DNA of 64,000 nucleotides, from assembly GCA_026415655.1 (NCBI GenBank), contig JAOAGR010000002.1, positions 131,237 to 195,236 on the forward strand. Direction: 5' to 3'. Positions 22,808 through 33,395 of the stretch are shown piece after piece. A model generated the notes under the pieces. It was not told where the DNA came from, made no database searches, and saw only the letters and a list, made by a program, of their open reading frames with translations. The DNA comes from Candidatus Dojkabacteria bacterium. GTDB taxonomy: Bacteria > Patescibacteriota > Dojkabacteria > JAOAGR01. Made by a program: the position numbers and the translations under genes. Every line of letters begins with the position of its first letter. Position 1 is the first letter of the stretch.

Positions 22808-23326
22808 ATGAATAAATCTTTTGAAAAATTCTACGAAGAAACCTTTAAAGAAGCTTACAGATATCTCTATATGCGAATTAACAACGTGAGTGACGTGGAA
22901 GATATACTGCATGACGCGTATTTAGTAATTTACGAAAGCTATAAAGATAAATTAGATAGTAATGAAAGTAAAAAAATATTGTTTGGTATTCTTCAAAAGA
23001 AATATGTAGATTATATTAGACTAAAATATAGAGAATATGAAAATATAGAGTATATTGACAATTATGCAGGGGAACAAAACAATGTGATTTCGCATTTGGA
23101 CTTAGCCCAATTAGAAGACAAGCTGAGGGATTATATTTATAAATTAGAAAAAAAGTATCCCAAATTGATGATTATCCTTAGAATGAGACTTTTGGATAAA
23201 CTTAGCAGAAGAGAAATCGCAGAAGTCTTAAATATTACTGAAGATCATGTTCATACCTACCAAAAGAGAGCTATAGCAATAATAAAAAAAATTATTACAA
23301 ATGAAAAAGATGATGAAAATAAATAA
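22808..23326 (+). CDS. ECF-type RNA polymerase sigma factor
   Basis: 172 aa; region 2 (YRYLYMRIN..DVEDILHDAY), region 4 HTH (LSRREIAEVLNITEDHVHTYQKRA). Confidence 0.88.
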   Translation: MNKSFEKFYEETFKEAYRYLYMRINNVSDVEDILHDAYLVIYESYKDKLDSNESKKILFGILQKKYVDYIRLKYREYENIEYIDNYAGEQNNVISHLDLAQLEDKLRDYIYKLEKKYPKLMIILRMRLLDKLSRREIAEVLNITEDHVHTYQKRAIAIIKKIITNEKDDENK

Positions 23327-25949
23327 AGATAAAAAATTGTACCCCCAAGACGATATATATAGTGAAATGGATCAAGTTGATCAAAAAATTGAAGAAATTC
23401 TCACATCTGCTTTGGTAACCGTGCCGGCAGATGAGGATATATTATCTGCGCAGATAAGGGTAAAAAATCAGCTTGTCCATTCGATAAATAGAAAAGCTAT
23501 GGATCAAAAAAATTTTGTAGCTCAAGTTTTTCCTGAAGAAGGAGCGGCTACACAAAACGATAATATTCAGACTTCTCAAACAAAGCCCAATGCATTTATG
23601 AATCTTTTTCATAATAAACCATTTGTTATATTTTCTACATTGACATTGATAACTATTGTCACATTATCAGGGATAGGTATTTATTACTTAAACACAACAA
23701 AAAATAATCAAGATACATCTACGGAATTTGTAAATAGAGCAAATAAAAGTGGGGATATTGTTACCCTGGCAAAGGAAAGATTTAAACAATTATATGGAAT
23801 TGAATATGATGACTATGTAAAAGTAGCATCATCAATAGATGCATCATCGAATCCTAAAGAAGGGTTAAAATCAATGCTAGCTTCAACAGGACGAACAAAC
23901 CAAAGAATGATCATGGCACAAGAACGACCAGAGGTACAAAATATCTTGGATAATGTTAATACAACACAAAATAAAGGGGTTTTATATAGGTATACCGTAG
24001 AAATGAACAAGGCAGACTATACGAAGTATACGGATGTGTATATCCCCACAGATACTGCTTATTTTGGTCTACATGATTTTATCCGTTATCCGGAGGCGAA
24101 TTATGAATATTATATGTCTTTGCATTCCACAGGTACTGTTGTCAGGAGAGGTAAAGATATTCTATATGCCACCGTATCAGATGTTTCCGCTCAGGGTAAT
24201 AGCTATCATGTGCGGTCATTAGAATACAGAAATGGCAAACTTGCATTAGAAGGCAACTATATACATCCAAAGGGATTCTATGAAGAACAGAATATTTCGT
24301 ACATCCAATTTACTCCTGATTATATACTGTTACAAAAATTAGAAAGTAAAGATGAAAACATAAAAGATTTAGGAGTAAAAGATATTGATGGAGTACAATA
24401 TAGGATTATTGAAGAAAGTATTAACGTTTTGGGACCAGTATATTCTCCACCTCCACCCGCAGAGAACACGGAACAGGAAGAGTCAATTGTTTATCCAACG
24501 GGACCTGAGATTATCATTAGAAAAACGTATTATATAAATCCAAATAGTCTACAGATAGTAAAAACAGAATTTAGTGAAGATAATGATTTATTATTCTCTA
24601 TAAAATATGAAGAACACAAGATAATCGATAATACTTATATTCAAAATAATTATAATGAAGTAAAAGATTCTATCCGAAAATTAGATAAAGAAATCAAGAC
24701 ATTTGACTTTGGTGCAGTATATGATATTAAAGCTTATCCTAAATTAGCAGATTTTGTGAAAAAATATCCTGTATTCACTATTGATACTGATGGAAGGGAG
24801 AGATTCAATTTCTATGATAACGATAGTGAACAGGCTAGACTTTATAATGAGTACTTTAGATTGTATTCGTCACAAGATTTTGACCCATCTTATGAAAGCT
24901 CCGGCGAGGCCTTGGTTGTAGATGAAGGTTCTCTTGCTCATTTTGGATCGATGCGTCTTGGGATCGAGTATTATAAGTCGGGTCAAAAGAGATCAAACAT
25001 AGTATGTACTGGTAAAAAGTCCACAATCAACATAGATGGTATTGGTCAATTTGAGGCTGAGGTGTGTAAATATTCGTATGATGATGTAATGACAATTCAA
25101 ATGGAAGAAGGTTCTACGTCTCCAAACAATTCCCTGTTACCAGTTGAAAACGCAGATGTAGTATATAAATTATCCCAAAAGATAGGCTCGTATCCACCAT
25201 ACGATATCTACATATCATTTGGTGGATTGCAAAACGATAACTGGACTGTTAATTACATAAATGAGCAAAAGGCAAAACAATATGATGATGAGATTAGACA
25301 AATTATAACTATGGAGACTGTCATGTACGGTGGTCAGATTGACCAGTCAAAAATCTCCGGATTTATAGCAACACCGGTAGAATTTGTAAAAAAAGAAAAT
25401 TATCAGGTATATACTCAAACATTTAGTGCGCCATATTATGGTAAGGAAGAAACATGCGTCATACCGTTGCAAAATGCGAAAAAAAATCCAGATTTGTTGG
25501 AATATCTTTATATGCAACATAAATTTGTACTAGATTGTATCGCACTAATAGCAGATGGTTATATGCTAAGTTATCATGCATCATTGAGCCCAGAGATGTA
25601 TGAAATTCCAACCGTTAATGAGATTGGTGAATCCAGCCCTGTTGCTAAAAACGTTCAAGTAGCACAGTCAAGTTTTGATGTATATATCTTCGAAAAAACA
25701 GATTTTACATATTCGGCTTTGGAGTTTTATATAAATTATTTAAAAAATAAATCTGAAGATGAGACTCTTATTCCGGTTTATAAGGAAGTTAATGGATATA
25801 TTGTAGTGATAGTTAACTCTGTTTTTGGACCATACGATCTAGCTGATGATATCGTTGGAAGTAGAAGGAGACTACTAGAAAATATACGCCTATTAAGCGA
25901 ACAAGAGAAAAAGCAATTCTTTGATATGCTTAATGAGCAATCTAAATAA
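23301..25949 (+). CDS. Putative anti-sigma factor: cytoplasmic N-terminus, one TM, large ectodomain
   Basis: Overlaps the sigma gene 3' end; about 105-aa soluble N-terminus, TM (FVIFSTLTLITIVTLSGIGIYYL), about 750-aa extracytoplasmic part. Confidence 0.65.
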   Translation: MKKMMKINKDKKLYPQDDIYSEMDQVDQKIEEILTSALVTVPADEDILSAQIRVKNQLVHSINRKAMDQKNFVAQVFPEEGAATQNDNIQTSQTKPNAFMNLFHNKPFVIFSTLTLITIVTLSGIGIYYLNTTKNNQDTSTEFVNRANKSGDIVTLAKERFKQLYGIEYDDYVKVASSIDASSNPKEGLKSMLASTGRTNQRMIMAQERPEVQNILDNVNTTQNKGVLYRYTVEMNKADYTKYTDVYIPTDTAYFGLHDFIRYPEANYEYYMSLHSTGTVVRRGKDILYATVSDVSAQGNSYHVRSLEYRNGKLALEGNYIHPKGFYEEQNISYIQFTPDYILLQKLESKDENIKDLGVKDIDGVQYRIIEESINVLGPVYSPPPPAENTEQEESIVYPTGPEIIIRKTYYINPNSLQIVKTEFSEDNDLLFSIKYEEHKIIDNTYIQNNYNEVKDSIRKLDKEIKTFDFGAVYDIKAYPKLADFVKKYPVFTIDTDGRERFNFYDNDSEQARLYNEYFRLYSSQDFDPSYESSGEALVVDEGSLAHFGSMRLGIEYYKSGQKRSNIVCTGKKSTINIDGIGQFEAEVCKYSYDDVMTIQMEEGSTSPNNSLLPVENADVVYKLSQKIGSYPPYDIYISFGGLQNDNWTVNYINEQKAKQYDDEIRQIITMETVMYGGQIDQSKISGFIATPVEFVKKENYQVYTQTFSAPYYGKEETCVIPLQNAKKNPDLLEYLYMQHKFVLDCIALIADGYMLSYHASLSPEMYEIPTVNEIGESSPVAKNVQVAQSSFDVYIFEKTDFTYSALEFYINYLKNKSEDETLIPVYKEVNGYIVVIVNSVFGPYDLADDIVGSRRRLLENIRLLSEQEKKQFFDMLNEQSK

Positions 25950-25967
25950 TTAAATTAAAAATTCATT

Positions 25968-27335
25968 ATGGAAAGAATAAAATTAAATCAAATGAACAAA
26001 AAATCAATATTTTTAGCAATTGGATTACTGGCTATTTTGGCTATTGGATCAATTATTCTCTATTTATCTTTTTTACAAAATCAAAGTTCATCAGGGGTAG
26101 TATCCGAAAACACCGAATCTGGCAAAATAGATGAAACGAGTGATTCTATTGATGCCAAGCAGACACCGTTTTCGGAATTAGAGAAAACTGATTTTGAGAT
26201 TGATTCGAATCTACGAACAGTGGAAGGTATAAAAGATAATATCTTAAATTATATTTTCGGTGATGAAGAGTTCAGAAATGAGAATTTTTATAGTCTGATG
26301 TCTGATACGATTAATCTAGCATTAATAAATAAGTATGATATTAATGCTTTTGTCCCTCGTTTTGATTGAGCAAAGAAAATAGATGTAACAAATTATGAAA
26401 GAAATTTCATTGAAATAAATTATACTGTTAAGGAAACTAATAGTACTAATTTCAAGTTTAGATGTACACAAGTTTTAAATGTATATTTAATAGCAAATAT
26501 ATGTAAAGACTCAAATGATCGCATTAATTTGGAGAAAAGTGCCCTTCATTTTGTGAAAAAAGCTTCAGACCAGATTAATTATAAATTTGTACAACGAATA
26601 AATGAAAATAATGATAACTACGGATATAAATATATGATTTATCAGTATCCATATTATAATGTTGCACTTTACAATATTTTTCAAGAATATGCTTATATTT
26701 ATGAAAATATTGATGAAGCACTAATAGATAATACTGGGAACAAATTTGTTGTAATGGTAAATATTGATGATGTGCAAATTGTTTACGATCATCCCAAGTT
26801 ATTTGAAAGCAATAATGAAGAAGCGGAGAGATATTTTGATATGATAATAAATGAAATATCAGAACAACAATCTATTGTAAAGGTTGAGGAAAATTATATT
26901 TTTAATATTGATGAATTTGTAAATATGTATCCTGTTTTGGTTCCACAAGGTAAATTTAAAGAATTTGCGTATTTCAGTAATTATAAAATGGGGGTTGCAA
27001 ATATGAATTATGGAGATTCTACCACTATCAGGATTATTCTTGAATTCTACAAGTACGGTAGTCAAGGAAATGAGAATGTAAATTGTTCAGATGAAAACGG
27101 TACAAAACAAATAATTATCGAAGGAAAATCATTTAACGCCAATGTATGTCGAGGTGATAGAATAGCTGGTAATGTAGTAAAGCTTACCAATGTAAAAGGT
27201 TATGATATTTATGTTCAGGCTGTTGATTATTCAATGAATCCTGAAGATAACTCAGTGGATATCATGCCAAGAGAATTTCGCTTTATGACCGCAGATGAAT
27301 CGCCTAAATATGAAATGAAAGTGCAACAATCATAA
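25968..27335 (+). pseudogene. Third ectodomain paralog, interrupted by one in-frame TGA
   Basis: ORFs 25968..26369 and 26529..27335 share a frame and the 53 codons between them are open; the only internal stop is TGA 26367-26369. Confidence 0.75.
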
Positions 27336-27358
27336 AATCAATTTCAAGTACTAAAATA

Positions 27359-27385
27359 AAAAGGCAGGATTTATTCCTGCCTTTT
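27359..27385. terminator. Bidirectional intrinsic terminator
   Basis: AAAAGGCAGGA-TTTAT-TCCTGCCTTTT between convergent genes. Confidence 0.85.
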
Positions 27386-27402
27386 GTTTGTTAAGTTTTA
27401 AC

Positions 27403-28320
27403 TTAATTATAAGTAGATTTTAACCAGTTACTGTATCTGTTGTCATTCCCTCTCACAGCATTAAAGTATTTTTCTTGAATTAATTTTGTTGTATTGCCTA
27501 TTTCACCGTTACCAACTTTGCGGTGATCAATTTCTATAACGGGTGTAACCTCAGCTGCGGTACCAGTCATGAATGCCTCATCGGCTGCATATAGTTCACT
27601 TCGTGCTATTTTACGTTCTTCAAAGACAATTTGTAGGTCATCAGCCAACTGTTTCACCGCATTGCGGGTGATTCCTTCGAGTATATGATCCGAATACTCT
27701 GGTGTTATTATTTTGCCACTTCGTACTATGAATATATTTTCGCCTGATCCCTCGGATACGTATCCTGCAGAATTTAGCATTACAGCCTCATCAAATCCAG
27801 ACAAAATTGCTTCTGTCTTCGCTAATGCGCTATTTACATATCCACCAGCCACTTTCCACCTTGATGGAATAGAGTTATCATCATTTCTAACCCAAGAGGA
27901 TGTCTGCACACGAATACCTTTTGAAGTATCAAGATATTTACCAAATCTGTAAGTATATATAGTGATGGTAGCTTTATATTCTATTAACTTTGGAGTAAGT
28001 GCTAAATCAGAAAAATAAACTAATGGCCTTATGTAAACATCTTCTTTGATGTTGTTTTTTCTTAGTAATTCCAGAGTTATATCGACTAACTCTTCAGGTG
28101 TATATTCAATATTCATAAACATAGATCTTGCATTACGGACTAATCTCGTATAATGTTCTTTCCCAAAAAGTAAAAATAGATCTTTCTTTTCTTCGTTCCA
28201 ATAAGCTCTTATACCTTCGAATATTGCAGTTCCATAATGCAGCGAATTGGTTTTTACGCTTATCATCGCATTTTCGGCTTCAACAAACTGATCGTTGAAA
28301 AATATGTATTCTTTGTTCAT
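27403..28320 (-). CDS. ilvE: Branched-chain amino acid aminotransferase (PLP class IV)
   Basis: LHYGTAIFEGIRAY, YIRP, KVAGGYVNS, EGSGENIF, ILEGITR, FMTGTAAEVTPV. Confidence 0.94.
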   Translation of the reverse strand: MNKEYIFFNDQFVEAENAMISVKTNSLHYGTAIFEGIRAYWNEEKKDLFLLFGKEHYTRLVRNARSMFMNIEYTPEELVDITLELLRKNNIKEDVYIRPLVYFSDLALTPKLIEYKATITIYTYRFGKYLDTSKGIRVQTSSWVRNDDNSIPSRWKVAGGYVNSALAKTEAILSGFDEAVMLNSAGYVSEGSGENIFIVRSGKIITPEYSDHILEGITRNAVKQLADDLQIVFEERKIARSELYAADEAFMTGTAAEVTPVIEIDHRKVGNGEIGNTTKLIQEKYFNAVRGNDNRYSNWLKSTYN

Positions 28321-28397
28321 AGGATAAAATTGTATGATAAATTTCTTCCTTTGTAAATTTGAAAAGCAATACCGTTATGTATTAAAATACTTTTCGT

Positions 28398-28483
28398 GGA
28401 GAGTTCGCCTAGTGGTCTATGGCGCTGCTCTGGAAAGGCAGTTGGGGAAACCCTCGTGGGTTCGAATCCCACACTCTCCGCCA
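28398..28483 (+). tRNA. tRNA-Ser(GGA)
   Basis: 86 nt; anticodon loop CTGGAAA, long variable arm GGG-GAAA-CCC, G73, CCA. Confidence 0.96.
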
Positions 28484-28659
28484 TTTATTATTTTCACTAG
28501 TTCTCGAAATTCTGAGCATATTTAAAGCCGTATTAATCTAGATTGTATATTTCCAACTATTTAACTATTTAGTTATTGGATCGCACGCGTATATTCAAAC
28601 TCTTGCCAATTTTGGCACGCTAAAAAATCACACAATTTATTTATTGGCAAATAATACCG

Positions 28660-29465
28660 TAAGATGAACACCAAATAATTAATAACACTAGCTATTGCAA
28701 ATATCTTTTCTGTTCTTTTCGGTGGTATGCCAGCTACTGCTGCTTTAGCTTGAATTTCCTTAAATATAAAATCTGATGTTACTTCAAGAGTATCCGGTAT
28801 TATTAATGTTCTTGGAATAATAATTTCAATGTTTTTCCTGAGTTACTTTCGTTTTATACCCATGGCTGTAATAGTATCTATCCTTGTTTATGTATCTGTA
28901 TAGATGATAGAGAAGGAGCATTTTACTAAACTATATAAATATGAAAAAGAAAGTTTCTTATATCCTTGATCGTTGCTTTTTTCGTTATTATCACTGATCC
29001 GATGATTGGTATTTTATTAGGTGTTTATTTGTTATTACTATTACAGATTAATCGTATATCGAAGGGGATATATGAGATAAGAGAAAATGCATTGTGCGAT
29101 GATGGATCATCGAAAACTATGAAAAAAATCCATCTGTACTTCTTTATTCTTTCAAAGGTAAATTAATTTATATCAATGCAAAGGTACACTTATTACGTTT
29201 TGAAGAAAACTTTGCTAAATATAAAGTTATTATATTTCGTTTTCGAGAGGTATACTATATCGATATTGATGGAATAGAGGCTATAGACGAAATGACTAGT
29301 ATATGTAAATCACGAGGACAGCAAGTAATCTTGACAAGTGTGCCGGATCGAATCAAAAGCTTATTAGTGGAATGTTCGCATTATTACGATGAAATTGAGA
29401 AACAAAATCTAATTTTCCCTAAAACTGAGATGGCCTTACGATTCTTAGGCGTACCAATAAAATAG
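28660..29465 (+). pseudogene. SulP/SLC26 anion transporter remnant (C-terminal TMs plus STAS domain)
   Basis: LAIANIFSVLFGGMPATAALA*ISLNIKS with stops at 28751 (TGA) and 28901 (TAG) and a frameshift; STAS-like tail YSFKGKLIYINA...FREVYYIDIDGIEAI. 5' part not recognisable; start approximate. Confidence 0.82.
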
Positions 29466-30018
29466 TAGATAGAATTCTTAATTTAAAAGGATTATCTATA
29501 TATTCAATATAATAATTTTAGAATTTTGAAATGATATACTTTTAATAAGATCAGAAAAATGAACTGATATAAGGTTGCTATTTAACTCTAGAGTGAAGTA
29601 TTGAAGGAGAGGGTTGTATCTTACAGAATATTATTGAGAATATTTTTGTTAAACAAGGTGAATTTCGATATTAAAAGGTTAGGTGCTAATGCATCATGGT
29701 AATGGTAAACACCTTATAGTTATTAATTATCCAATTTTCATAAATAGATTATAGACTTAATGTAATTCGACAATGGGGAATAATATGATTTTTATAAGAC
29801 GTTCCAAAATTATGGGTTGCCAATAACGATCTTAATATATAGTTTGCATCCAAAAAAGACTAAATGATTCTGTTTCCTGGTGATAAACGTGGATTATAAT
29901 ACACAAAATTACTTTATGCGTTAATATTTACGAATTTATTAGTACTGATGTGGTTTGAATCAATTAATTGTGGACATTTTAATATTGTAAATTTTATTAA
30001 AAGTGCTAAACTACATTG

Positions 30019-31399
30019 ATGTCGAATGATAACTACGTTAATCAAATAGTTTCACAGCTACAAGCTGGCATTCCAGAGCAACAAATCTACAACAACCTAA
30101 TAGCTAGTGGAATTTCAAATGATGCAGCCATAAATTTGTTGAATAATGCCAAATATTTGATGTCTTCCATCCAAAATTCGTCTCCTCAGGGATCATCGGG
30201 TCAGTTTAATTCTAATTTTCAGAATAGTGTTCCTAATATGCAATATTCTGGACAACCAGGTCCTAGTCCTGTGAATTTTATGTCGCCTAATTTACAACCT
30301 AATAACCACATTCCAAATAACATTAATTATCCATTGGAAAGCATGAGTTCAAATACTGCAGGAGGATTTGGTATGAATATGCTAATAGTTGGACTTTTGA
30401 TTTTTGGAGTTTTGCTGTCTTTTGTCTCATATCTTGGACTGGCGTTTCCAAACCTAGATTTAAATGGATTTGAACTGTCAAAATTTTTTTGGTTGGTTGG
30501 TGTCTTATCATTAGTATTATTTATCATTCCCTCCGCAATTTTGTTATTCGTTAATAAAAATAAAATATCTAATTTTTTAGTTGTGGTAATAAGTGTGTTT
30601 TTGTCGATGTTTTTGGTACTTGCAAATACAGGTGCTGGGGCATTTTTGTCATTTAGAGATTCTTCTGCACAAAATCAAGAGAACAACACTAATTTGTCTA
30701 AGAATGATGATGAAAAGACGCAAAAAGAGAAAAAAGACGATCAAAAGTCTAACCCTTCACCAACAAATACTCCAAAAAAAAACTCCAACATTCACTCCCA
30801 CTCCTACTCCTACAGCGAGACTTACACCTACGAGAACAGCTCCAATACCAACTCAAGGTCCTGACTATCAAGAATATTTAAATTACTTAGAAAACAATAC
30901 TTATCGTTATACTAATACACAAAATAGATTTTCTTTGAGGATTCTCAATACTTTAAGAAAAGTGTTTACAGATAATACCGATCCTAATAATTACTCAGAA
31001 ACATTTGGTTCTTCTGACGGTAATACATCTTTATCAATTATATATGGTAAAAATCAAAATAATTCCAATGATTTTAGAAATGTATATAGTTTATTGAATG
31101 ATATTGAAGATTCAATAAAATCATCAAATAAGAATCTTGGTGTTACTTGTAATGTTCAAGATGTAAAAGTAGAATATGTTGTTTGTCAGTATGTTACGAC
31201 TCTTCCAAATGGAAAGTATGCATATGTGGTTCAAACTGTTATACCAGATCAGAGAGATTATTCAGGTATTGTTGTGTTGACCGGACTTTTTTTGATACAA
31301 AATCCAGAAGCAGCGGAGAATTTGTTCAATGAAGAAAAATTTGCTTTATTTATAATAAGTATAGGGGTTTATTCAGCTTATACCATTGAATTTAATTGA
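30019..31399 (+). pseudogene. Membrane protein with Pro/Thr linker and extracellular domain, split by a frameshift in an A9 tract
   Basis: Q/N/P-rich N-terminus and 3 TMs. Removing one A from 30774-30782 gives PTNTPKKTPTFTPTPTPT and fuses the two ORFs. Confidence 0.78.
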
Positions 31400-31424
31400 T
31401 TTACTGTTAAAATAAATAGTAAAT

Positions 31425-32213
31425 ATGGACAATAACTCGCCACAAATACAAAATATACATCAGTCTAACATGCAACAAATTAGTATGCAAGAAAATATAA
31501 ACAATCCCGTAAATGAATTAAGAAAAAAAATAAAACAGGCGTTACTTATTTCTATTCTTGTTGTTTTAATATTGTCGGGAGTAATTGCAGCGGTGTTGGT
31601 TGCTATATCCGTCCAGTCCGCAATTATACTTCGAACTTTTACATTTATATTTAATTTAATTTTCCATCTTGCTATAGCATTAGTATTAATATGGGACGAG
31701 AAGAATAATATATTAAATAGCCGTTTTCAGGTTTTGATGATGACAATATTTTTTAGTGTAATAGTTAATTTCATTAGTTCCTCTATACCGATATTTTGGG
31801 ATGGATATGAGTATTCTAATTCTGTATTTATATCTCTTGTAACTACGATTGGAGTTGTTAGTATATTTGAATACATATATAGAATATTAGGAAGGACGGT
31901 TTATTTAGATGTTGCATTGTATTCTACATTCTTTTTTGTTTTACTTTCATATTTTTTGGTTTTACCCTTATATTTTGAACCAGATATAATATTAAGTGCC
32001 TTTGATAGATATGGTAATATACTGTTATCTATGCTTATTCTTATGTCAGTTTCTGTATTTTCTTCAATTGTCCTTTATAGAATATATCTAAATAAAAACT
32101 TAGAAGCGCAGAAAGAAAAGATAATGACATCTGATATGCAATTACTTTTATCTATTGTTATCATTATATTTGTGGTGGTGTTTTGCTATAGTTTTGGGTT
32201 GTTTGTATCTTAA
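31425..32213 (+). CDS. Polytopic membrane protein of unknown function
   Basis: About 7 hydrophobic helices after a Q/N-rich N-terminus. Confidence 0.75.
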   Translation: MDNNSPQIQNIHQSNMQQISMQENINNPVNELRKKIKQALLISILVVLILSGVIAAVLVAISVQSAIILRTFTFIFNLIFHLAIALVLIWDEKNNILNSRFQVLMMTIFFSVIVNFISSSIPIFWDGYEYSNSVFISLVTTIGVVSIFEYIYRILGRTVYLDVALYSTFFFVLLSYFLVLPLYFEPDIILSAFDRYGNILLSMLILMSVSVFSSIVLYRIYLNKNLEAQKEKIMTSDMQLLLSIVIIIFVVVFCYSFGLFVS

Positions 32214-32266
32214 TTATAGATCCTTACATTTTTAATATGTATAAAAATTAGTTATTGTTTTGCATT

Positions 32267-33331
32267 GTGAATAGGCTTTTAATAATAGACATTATTAGGG
32301 GACACTTATTACTTGCTGTAATATGGGATCATCTAGCCTATCTTATAGGACCATCGATCTTTGCTTACTACAATTATTTTGGTCTTTTGTGGGTATCCGC
32401 GGCAGAGGGATTTGTGATTATTTCAGGTTTTTTGTTGGGTTATTTATTTCTATATAAGGGTAGGTATTCAAGCAAAGAGTTTATCAAGATAATTTCAAAA
32501 AGGATAGTGTTATTATACTCAATATCTGTTGTATCAACAATCTTGGTTTCTATCTTTTTTTGGGGCGGAAACAAACTTGAATTAAGTGGAATATGGCGTA
32601 GTAATCGGCCTCGAGAGTTAGATTTTTTTGAATTAGTTTTATATTCGGTGCTTTTTATCCATCACTTTGGTTGGATGGATATTTTTGTGCTTTATGTATG
32701 GTTGTTTTTGATTGCTTTAGCGATACTTCCTATTATGAAAAAGCATAAATTCTCTTATATAATGGTTTTAATTGTCTCTTTTTTGATCTGGTTATTTGAT
32801 AATGTATATCGTTTAGAGTTAAATCTTATACAGGTTAGCTCATTTAGACTTCTATCATGGCAGTTTTTGTTTACTATTAGTTTAGTTTTAGGTATGCATT
32901 TTGAAAGGTTACGAGATATTTTAATCTACTTTTATAAAAAAAATATATTACGCATTTTTGTAATAGTTGCATTTATAATTTTTTTTATTTTGGGAATCAT
33001 ATTTCCATATATGAAGAATGATCTTCTTTTAATTTTATTCTCAAAAGAATTTGTCGGCTTGGGTAGGCTGATTTTATCGTTTTTTTGGTTATATTCTGTT
33101 GGGATAATATTGAAAATTTTGTCTGATAGAATAAATTTCTTGGGTAGTACGTTATCCTACATCGGTAAAGAATCTCTTTATGTTTATGCGGTACATGCCG
33201 TCATTATTACTTTTTTGGATAAAATATTTATTAGTGATTTATTTCTAAATAGTTTATGTGTATTTTTAATAACGATATTTATATATTTCCTTGTTTATTT
33301 AAAACATAAATTTTTGAAAAGATTGGGTTAA
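32267..33331 (+). CDS. OpgC-family membrane acyltransferase
   Basis: IDIIRG...DHL, VSAAEGFVIISG, MDIFVLY, SWQFLF, IGKESLYVYAVH; probable GTG start. Confidence 0.8.
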   Translation: MNRLLIIDIIRGHLLLAVIWDHLAYLIGPSIFAYYNYFGLLWVSAAEGFVIISGFLLGYLFLYKGRYSSKEFIKIISKRIVLLYSISVVSTILVSIFFWGGNKLELSGIWRSNRPRELDFFELVLYSVLFIHHFGWMDIFVLYVWLFLIALAILPIMKKHKFSYIMVLIVSFLIWLFDNVYRLELNLIQVSSFRLLSWQFLFTISLVLGMHFERLRDILIYFYKKNILRIFVIVAFIIFFILGIIFPYMKNDLLLILFSKEFVGLGRLILSFFWLYSVGIILKILSDRINFLGSTLSYIGKESLYVYAVHAVIITFLDKIFISDLFLNSLCVFLITIFIYFLVYLKHKFLKRLG

Positions 33332-33395
33332 ATTAATAAATTTTTGGATATTTGGCCATTGACAATTACAGAGGCATATAATACGATTTGATATT

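Noticed and set aside
26367-26420. Selenocysteine at the in-frame TGA
   Set aside because: No stable SECIS-like hairpin follows and there is no redox-motif context.
28334-28525. 63-aa ORF, and likewise 42665..42859
   Set aside because: These overlap tRNA-Ser and tRNA-Cys and are translation artefacts.
29466-30015. Long intergenic stretches (also 18172-18585 and 44746-45123) as CRISPR array or origin
   Set aside because: No regularly spaced repeats and no DnaA-box cluster seen; probably eroded gene remnants.
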